From assembly GCF_009914755.1 (NCBI RefSeq), contig NC_060929.1: 64,000 nucleotides of DNA. The stretch is one strand, 5' to 3'. The DNA comes from the human T2T-CHM13v2.0 reference genome, Homo sapiens. The translations under genes were made by a program, and so were the position numbers. Shown here in pieces: positions 56,201 through 64,000 of the stretch (position 1 is its first letter; every line of letters starts with the position of its first letter). Under the pieces are notes generated by a model. It worked only from the letters and a program-made list of their open reading frames with translations. It searched no databases and was not told the origin of the DNA.

Positions 56201-57892
56201 AGTGTTTTTTTTTTAGAAAGTAGTTCTATAAGGACAAAAAATATTGAAAGAAACATGTCTGTAAGCGGTGGGAAGACACTGAAGGATTTTAACCAGGGAA
56301 ATGAATTGAATGGATTTGTATTTAAGATCCACGTGGGAGCAGTGGATGAAAGAAAGTTGAGATCCTGGTTCGGCTGGCCCCTTCCTAGCTGTTTGAATTT
56401 GGGGAAATCACTAAACCCTTGTGAGCCTCGGGTTCTTCATAAGATGGAGATAGTGCTGCCTTCTTCATCTGGCTGTTATGAGAATTATAATTAAAATGCC
56501 TAGGATAATAAATGCTTAACATGCACTGGTTTCCTTCTCCATGATGGAGTACCTGCTGATAAGGTTTAACAAGTGGGGAGGGAGAGAAGCTAATTAAGAG
56601 GTTCTAGTCATCTCCCCAGAGAGGAGTGGACAACCCCTGACTTAGGGCCAGAAGACTGCAGAGTCTAGACGGCTGGGTTATGGAGTGCTGGAGTCAGGGC
56701 AGTGCGCACAAGCGTTGGGCTGGGTGACTCCAGTGGAAAGTAGTGCTGATAATCATGCTTGGAATTCAGGGGGACGGAGGGCACTTGGGGTTTGGTCAAG
56801 AGGAGGGTCCACCCTGCAGCCATTGTACACACAACCCCCATGCCCCCATTAAGACTGCAGAGCTCTCCTCCCCTTGCCTTTCCTTGTGAGCACCCTCTCT
56901 GCCCCTTTCAGCCTCTGCTGCTGCTCATGCCTCGCCACTGAGCCCCACAGCAGCCAGCTGAGCTTTCCTGTTCTCTTCCCTCCTTTCCTGTTTCATTTCC
57001 GAGGCTCTTCCAAGCCCCCGGGCTTTTCACACAAACACTTTCTTTTCCTACCTCAGAACTTGGTTTTTGCCTCTGCACAGTCAGGGTTGCTAGCTGCTCG
57101 GGTATCATTTCTTTTCTACCAAAGAAGGGAATGTTTTCTTTTTATGGGGCTCTCTCCAGGTCTGGAGCCCTGCTGGCTTCTCCACAGCTTTAGGTAACCC
57201 ACAAAATCCTCAGCATTCTGGCTGCTGCCCTGGCTGTGCCTGTCTCTCCGGGCAGTGTCTTGAGTGACAGTGGGAGGAATGGGTCATGCCTGACTAATCA
57301 AAAGCCACAGCAGGCAGCATTGCCTGGACTATGGTCCTCTGACACTTCATCCAGATGATGATGCCTTCATATTTGTTAGAAACCTCATGCCTTCTTCCCA
57401 GGACCCGGCTTCCCTAGAAGTTAATCAGGCTGGTGGCCAGTGGAGTGGCTGTGGATTCAGAGCAAAGCAGTGTGGCTGGTCCCAAAAGCTCTTTCTCTGG
57501 GCCATGGTGAGACCGCTGAAAGAGCTCCACCCCACCACACAGCATGGGGAGAGCTCACAGCCAGACTATCCTTGAACCCCCCAATCTAGGCCTTTCCGCC
57601 TGAATACATGGCTCCTTTTTGCCATCCTCTCTGTTCTTTTTCTGGGTTTTTCTGGCCAAGCAATCTCTCTTTAAGTCGGTTAACTTACCTTTTGAGGCAT
57701 ATCTTTGCTCTCAGCCTGGGAGCTCATCTGTCTCTGGGAGATGGCTCTACCTAAACAGAAGTCTGTAGATGTTTTCTTGGGCTCACCCTTCTCAAATCAT
57801 GTTGAGAAATCATGAGACATGAGAAATCATGTCTCAAAGCATTTCCAACAAAGCTTTAGCTGACTCAGAATATACAAAGATTTTTTTCCAAG

Positions 57893-58340
57893 TCAACTTT
57901 ATTGAGGCATAATTTATGTGTAATAAAATGTATATATTTTAAGTATACAATCTGATGAGTTGTGACAAACGTGTACATCCACATAGCCGCCACGACAATC
58001 AAGACACAGAACATCTCCATCACCCCAGAATGCAACGTTTGCCATTATCCCCCCAACCCCAGCCATGAGCAAACACCCACCTGCTTCCTGTCAATATAGA
58101 TGAGTTTTGCTTTGTCTAGATTTTTATGTAAATTATCATACAGTAGATATCATTTATATCTTACACTCAGCCTACGATTTTGAGATTCACCCATGTTATA
58201 GCAAGTTATGGATAATTTGTTCTTTTTTTTAGCTGAGCAGTATCTCATTGTATGGAAATAAGATAATTTGTTTCTCTCTTCACTCAGTGATAGACATTTG
58301 GGCTGTTTCCAGTTTGGCGTATTACAAGTACAAATGCCTT
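57893..58340 (-). mobile_element. L1MC/ME 3' end
   Basis: ctttattgaggcataattta...gatagacatttgggctgtttccagtttgg. Confidence 0.75.
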
Positions 58341-58793
58341 TTCTGATTCCTGATGTAGCACCTGGAGTAAACACGTCTGTTGCCCTTAGAGAGCTTAAAG
58401 TCTTGGCAAAAAGAGACAATTTAAATGATTTAATCCTCGTGGAATTTTATTATTGGATATGATTGGGATATAATCAACTGCAGGGAGGCTTGTAGTTGTG
58501 CTGGATGCTATGGAACCGGCAGAGAATGGAAGAGTACAGGGGGCCGGGGTCACTTCAGGGCGTTTTATTTTATTGGGGAATGGCATGTGAAAGCTCCATC
58601 AAATGACGCTGGATGGAGCCCTGCCCTGGGAAGCAGGCAGAGGAAGACCACAGGGGGAGCAATCCTGGCAGGTGAGAGGCTGCAAAGATGCCGCCAGACC
58701 TGGAATAGAGAGTTTGTGTTCAGCAAGTGGGACAGAAATCACGAAAAGGCCTTGAATACTGCTCAAATTGCAGGACCTGCCACTGCCATGATG

Positions 58794-59218
58794 AGTGCCA
58801 CTCTGAAGCCCTAAAAGATGACAAGGGAGAGTAGGAGAAGCAAGCCCAGAGGAGAAAGAAAGTGGAGAATGGTCCCCAGAGGAAGGGAGGCAAACAGGGA
58901 GCAACAGCTACGCAGGTGACTGCAATGTAAGAAGCCATCCAAGAATAGACAGTGTTTCAAAATGCTCAGGAAAAAGCAAGGTGCGGTCTTCTGGATGTGG
59001 CGGCAGAAAAACCCCAAGAGAAAGACATCATCAACATAAAAGCCTGGAAAAAATAGGGATCATAAAGATGCCAGTGTGACTGACAAACAAATTAGAGGTG
59101 TTTGTCTCTCGTACTCTCCCTTATCATCTTTTAGGGCTTCAGAGTGGCACTTCTCACTGGGGCCATCTGCAAGCTGTTCTTCGGCTCAGGAGACCATGGC
59201 CCTGCTACACAGTCTCCC
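58794..59218. repeat. Composite duplicate of 60874-61249 (inverted plus direct pieces)
   Basis: 58794-59101 is the reverse complement of 60874-61181, and 59102-59218 is a direct copy of 61132-61249. The paired ORFs 58720..58938(-) and 60938..61360(+) share peptide sequence. Confidence 0.95.
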
Positions 59219-59229
59219 ATTTTCACATA

Positions 59230-59750
59230 CTTGTTTTTATTGCTGGGTAACAAATTACCTTCAACTTAGTGGCTTAAAACAATACAGTGGCTTTTTTTGT
59301 TTAATCTCACAGTTTCCATGGGTCAGGAGTCTGGACATAGAGGAGATGGGTTCTCAGCTCACAATCTCATCAGGCTGAAATCAAAGTGTTAACCAGGGCT
59401 ATGTTTTCATTTGGAGCTCAGGGTTCCCGGTAATCAGAATTCAGTTCCTGCAGTTGTAGGGCTGAGGTCCCATTTTCTAGCCAATCTAGGGGCTGCGCTC
59501 AGGTCCTAGAGGGCCGTGCAGGTCCCCTCCACGGGAAGTTCACAGCATGGCTGTTTACTTTCCTTCAGGCCAGCAGGAGAGTGCCTGAATTACATCTGCA
59601 AAGTCCCTTTTGCCATACAAAGTAACATGTCACTGGAGTGACAGCCAGTCTTATTTACGGGTCCCACTTACACTCAAAGGGAGGAGATGATGCCTGCACA
59701 GCAGGGACCAGGAATCTTAGGACCCATCTTAGAATTCTGCGCATTGCACA
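59230..59750 (-). mobile_element. MLT1-type LTR
   Basis: tattgctgggtaacaaattacc...cttagtggcttaaaacaa...ccatcttagaattctg. Confidence 0.75.
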
Positions 59751-60069
59751 TGGTTTTTCCTTTGACTTCCTATTTCTCCATCTAGAAAGGCAGGGGCTGT
59801 GGGCTAGGTCCTCTCAGAGATTCTGCTCTGCACCAATACTCTGAGTCTGTGTTCTCCTTCATTTTATGATTAGAGTCCATTTGGAAGCACTATGCCCAAT
59901 CATCTCATCCAAAATGTGCCTTGAAGATAGTGATGGGGACAGGGGCAGAGATGACTGAGAACCACTGAAGGGGTCGCAGGCCAAGGGAGGGGCAGCTGAG
60001 TAACGGGCAGGGAGGCCTGCTCCTGGAATGGATGTTTGGTGAGTCATTAGGGCTGTTCACATACATTCT

Positions 60070-60207
60070 GTTTCTTCTTCTGAGCAGCGGAAGTGGGATT
60101 TTACTTCCCCATCCCCTTTGCAATTCAGTATAGGCATGTGCCTGACTGTGGCTGGTGAAATCTGAGCAGGGATGATGTCTATCATTCTGAGCTGAAGTTT
60201 TAAGAGC

Positions 60208-60246
<39 letters not shown>

Positions 60247-60450
60247 TGTGTGTGTTGTCTCAACTCCCTTGTCCTCTGCTATAGTGACTAGCAGTTTGAG
60301 ACGGTGGCTGCTTCATTATCCTGGGTCCCTGAAGGGATGCAGAACAGAACTCCAGCCAACCCGAAATGGACTTGTGGCACAGATGACAGAAATAAATCTT
60401 TGTTGTTTAAAGCCCCTAAGATTTAGGATTGTTTGTTACTGCAGCATCAC
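60070..60450 (+). mobile_element. MLT1-type LTR containing a (TG)n at 60210-60255
   Basis: agaaataaatctttgttgtttaaagcccctaagatttaggattgtttgttactgcagcat. Confidence 0.75.
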
Positions 60451-61519
60451 CTAGCCTATCCTGGCTGGTACAAAAAGGACAGTATCACAGTTAATCTGGC
60501 TGCCACCTTCTCTTTTTCTCCGGAAACTCTTATCTGAGCCAGGTCTTTGATGCAGTGGCTTCTCAAAGATATAGCCATAGGGTTCAATCTTGATGAAAAG
60601 TGACTGTGTTGCTCTATAGTCATGTATCTTCCGTCATTCAAACTGAGCTACTCACCTGCTTGCTGAGAGAAGATGCTCTCCCACACCCTGGGCCCTCAGC
60701 CCTCATGATAAATAAATAATTTTTGTTTGAGAACAAATAAGAGTAATTAGCACATTCAGGGAAAACTGCCAGTCAAACCTGACTTGGACATGCTTTGATG
60801 TAGTTTACTTGTCATCTTGTTCTGAAAAATCTCAATTACCTGCAACCTGCCATTCCCGCTCTTTTCTTTTCCTACACCTCTAATTTGTTTGTCAGTCACA
60901 CAGGCATCTTTATGATCCCTATTTTTTCCAGGCTTTTATGTTGATGATGTCTTTCTCTTGGGGTCTTTTCTGCCACCACATCCAGAAGACTGCACCTTGC
61001 TTTTTCCTGAGCATTTTGAAACTCTGTCCGTTCTTGGATGCTTCTCACATTGCAGTCACCTGTGTAACTGTTGCTCCCTGTTTGCCTCCCTTCCTCTGGG
61101 GACCATTCTCCACTTTCTTTCTTCTCTGGGCTTGCTTCTCCTACTCTCCCTTATCATCTTTTAGGGCTTCAGAGTGGCACTTCTCACTGGGGCCATCTGC
61201 AAGCTGTTCTTTGGCTCAGGAGACCATTGCCCCTGCTCCACAGTCTCCCGATGAGGGAGGATGCTGGCAGAGGTTGGCTGCCACTCAATTACCCAGACTC
61301 ATTCCAAAGACCACGCAAATTTTTGTCCAGAGGGATGGTGACTGCCAGGGGGACCGATAGAGGGTACACAGGCATAGGTCACCCTCAAGCAGAGACTACA
61401 ACTGGTTAGGACTATGAGAAGAAATTATGCACAAGAGCGTGTCATAGTGTAAATTATGCCATGGTTTAAAGAGGAAATAAGACACAGAGAGAATCTGGCA
61501 ATTATAATAATAATAATAA

Positions 61520-61750
61520 CTAACAGTTAATGAGCACTTTCCATGACCCAAGCACAGCGTAGACACTTCCTATGGATTATCTCCTGCAGTCTTCATATTT
61601 CCTGTTGGGTAACACTAGTCTCATGCCCACAATTCGGATGAGGAAGCAGGGGCTCAGAAAGTTAAAGCAGTTCACCTAAGGTACACAGCAAGTAAGCAGA
61701 GAACTGGGATAGGGTCCCAGACAGCTGGCTTCAAAGTCCATGCTTCTACC
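61520..61750 (-). mobile_element. MIR
   Basis: cggatgaggaagcaggggctcagaaagttaaagcagttcacctaaggtacacagc. Confidence 0.75.
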
Positions 61751-64000
61751 CAGGCAAAGGGAAGAAAGAACTACACTGGCCAGAGGAGCTACCCCCTAGT
61801 TGCCAGTGTCCATGATGATTCCCTTGTGAGGAGGCCCCCCAGTCCAGATCCTTCCCATCCCACCTACCTGGAACTCGCTTCCAGCTGATTGGCTACAGGG
61901 CTCTGCCACATGATGCAAACTGGAAAAGGCCCTGTTTGAACTCTTCCCCTGCAAGAGTTCAGGCCCACAGGTTCTGGTGTGGGCTTGCTCAGCTGGAGGT
62001 AGCCTGAGGTGAGCTGGAGTTTACAGCCCTGGCTGCAGGCATCCTGCCGGGTTGGACTGCCTTGCTTTTCAGAGTAGGGGGAATTGAATTATTATTGCAT
62101 CAACTCCTCCGACACTCTGAGAACTATGGCCTCCCTCATTCCTTCCTCTGTGGCTTTTCTCTGCCCATAAATGAAAAGCAGATTGCCTCACTGGTGCTGG
62201 ATGCTCAGAGCAGAACCGCATCCTAGGTGTGGAAGAGCAGAAATGTTTCTCACCATCTGTTTCTCGTTGACTTCAGTGGGGCCATGCTTAGACAATGGGG
62301 CAGTATGCAGCCTGCATGGGGTGTGGCCCCACAGGGTGACCCCATGGCCTGCTGGCTGGCAGGCTGGGGAGTGGCCCTCCTCTGCCTTGAAGGCCAAGAG
62401 GCTGGGGAGCTTGTGTTTCCTAGAGTGTGGGGGTGGTTTCCCCCTCATTTGGCCGTTTCTTCTTCCTTTTCTTTCTAGAAAGATGGATTTCAGCTGTTTT
62501 CCCAAGACTCATAGTAACCTCCTAGTAAAGTCGATATTTACTGTGTGTGTGTCTGTGTGTGTCTGCCTGTGTGTGTGTTATGAACAGTGTAAATGTATTC
62601 TACGTTTAATGCAGAAAACCTAGAAGAATGAAAAGAAGCAAAAAGTAACAGCCCCATTATCAAGATTTTTTTTTGATGTGTTCTGTCAGTGGTCTATTTT
62701 TCTTGATTATTTTTTAGCATCATTAAAAAAAAATATCGGGACCTAATGCACGCTGCTGAGTTAGGCAGTATTCTAAGTACTTCGCAGGGGATAATTTCAG
62801 GTTGCATATAGTACAACCCTATGAGTAAATAATTTCATTAACAGCATTTTTACAAATGAAGACACTGCAGTTAAGAGGGGCAGGAGCTCCGCTCAAGATC
62901 ACCCAGGAAGGTGTGGTGGGACCAGGACTCAGGACTCAGTTGCAGGTTGGGTAACTCCAAATTTCACAGCTCATAACTACCTCCACCGTACACACTATAC
63001 ATGAAATGCAAGGCAGTTTGTGTCCTGTTTTTCACTAAGCAGTAGATGGGGACTATTCAACCAATAGTCCTGTACGCATGATTTTAACAGCTGCGTATAT
63101 CTCATTACATAGATTTAGCTGAACCTGTTTAGCCAATCCCCTGACTTTGGGTTGTTCCAAATGTTGTCATTATAATGCTGAGATGATCATTCAATACAGA
63201 TACCCTTAAGGCTATATCCATTGATTTGCCAGTAGTGGAATTTGAGCTAATAGACATGCATGATACTTTAAGAAGTTTTGAAAGATGAGGGAAATTGCCT
63301 TTAAGAAAAGTTTTACTCTTTGCAACACTAAGCATTATAATCTTTCATTTACGAAAATAGCAAAGAAGATTTTTTTAAATGCATGATTCCTTTTTATACC
63401 TTTCATTTTTTTTAGTGATCCAAATAGGAAACTTTTTCATTCATTGTCAATTTTAACTTAACCTTCTGTAAACTCAATGTTCATGCTCTTCACACAATGT
63501 AATTTATTAGGTAATTTATTTTTACGTTGATTTGCAAAAGCCTTTTACATTAAGGATGTTGATCCTTTGCCACCTGTGTTGCAAACATGTCTCTCGGTTT
63601 GTTATCTGCCTTCTTATCTTGCTTATGATGTTTTGTATTTTTGTGAAATAGAGGTTTAAAAATGCTATGCAGCTAATCTATCAATCTTTTTCTTGGTACT
63701 TTCTTCCTACAGTATTTTATTTTTTAAAGTTTTTTTTCTGTCTTACCTAAAATATTAAGTAAACCTTAGCATTAAATACAGATATTGTCCTATTGTTTAA
63801 AATTGAAGTTGCGGTTATTTTATTTTCTAGCACAACAATTACAGAAAGTATTTATATTCATTTTTGGTCATTTTTGTTTATTAATTTTTAAACCACAATC
63901 TTCTGAATATATACATCAAGAATAGCAGGTAAGAAATGAATGTACCACCCTGCTCCCTTTTTCCCCAGGTTGGGTGTCACTCACTGACCCCTGCATTCTC

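Noticed and set aside
57813-57836. 10-bp stem with GAAA loop (tgagacatga-gaaa-tcatgtctca)
   Set aside because: It is short, arises within a local micro-duplication, and has no supporting context.
58599-61409. Paired similar ORFs suggesting a duplicated small gene family
   Set aside because: The similarity reflects the DNA duplication. All frames are equally similar and indels break them.

Overview
This is mammalian genomic DNA, most likely human: Alu and L1PA2 repeats are present and I recognise the human LECT2 and FBXL21 sequences, which places it at 5q31.1. On + are the last two exons of FBXL21(P) at 996-2175; the penultimate exon has an AT instead of a GT splice donor, which would explain its pseudogene status. 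On - is the complete 4-exon LECT2 gene (CDS 15329->7847, 151 aa, Val58 allele) with TCF/LEF and HNF1-like promoter motifs. The remaining ~48 kb is non-coding and mostly interspersed repeats (Alu, L1, L2, MIR, MaLR/ERVL LTRs, hAT, Tigger, a MULE/Ricksha element). I see no evidence of a new multi-gene biological system. The most unusual structures are a fold-back (inverted plus direct) templated duplication at 58.8/61 kb, a 32-bp-arm hairpin at 39.7 kb, a tailless 35-nt 5S rRNA retrocopy, an L1PA2 with a short 3' transduction, and a small CpG/CTCF-like patch at 38 kb. Repeat subfamily names come from my recall of consensus sequences and need RepeatMasker/Dfam confirmation. Boundaries of old repeats are approximate.
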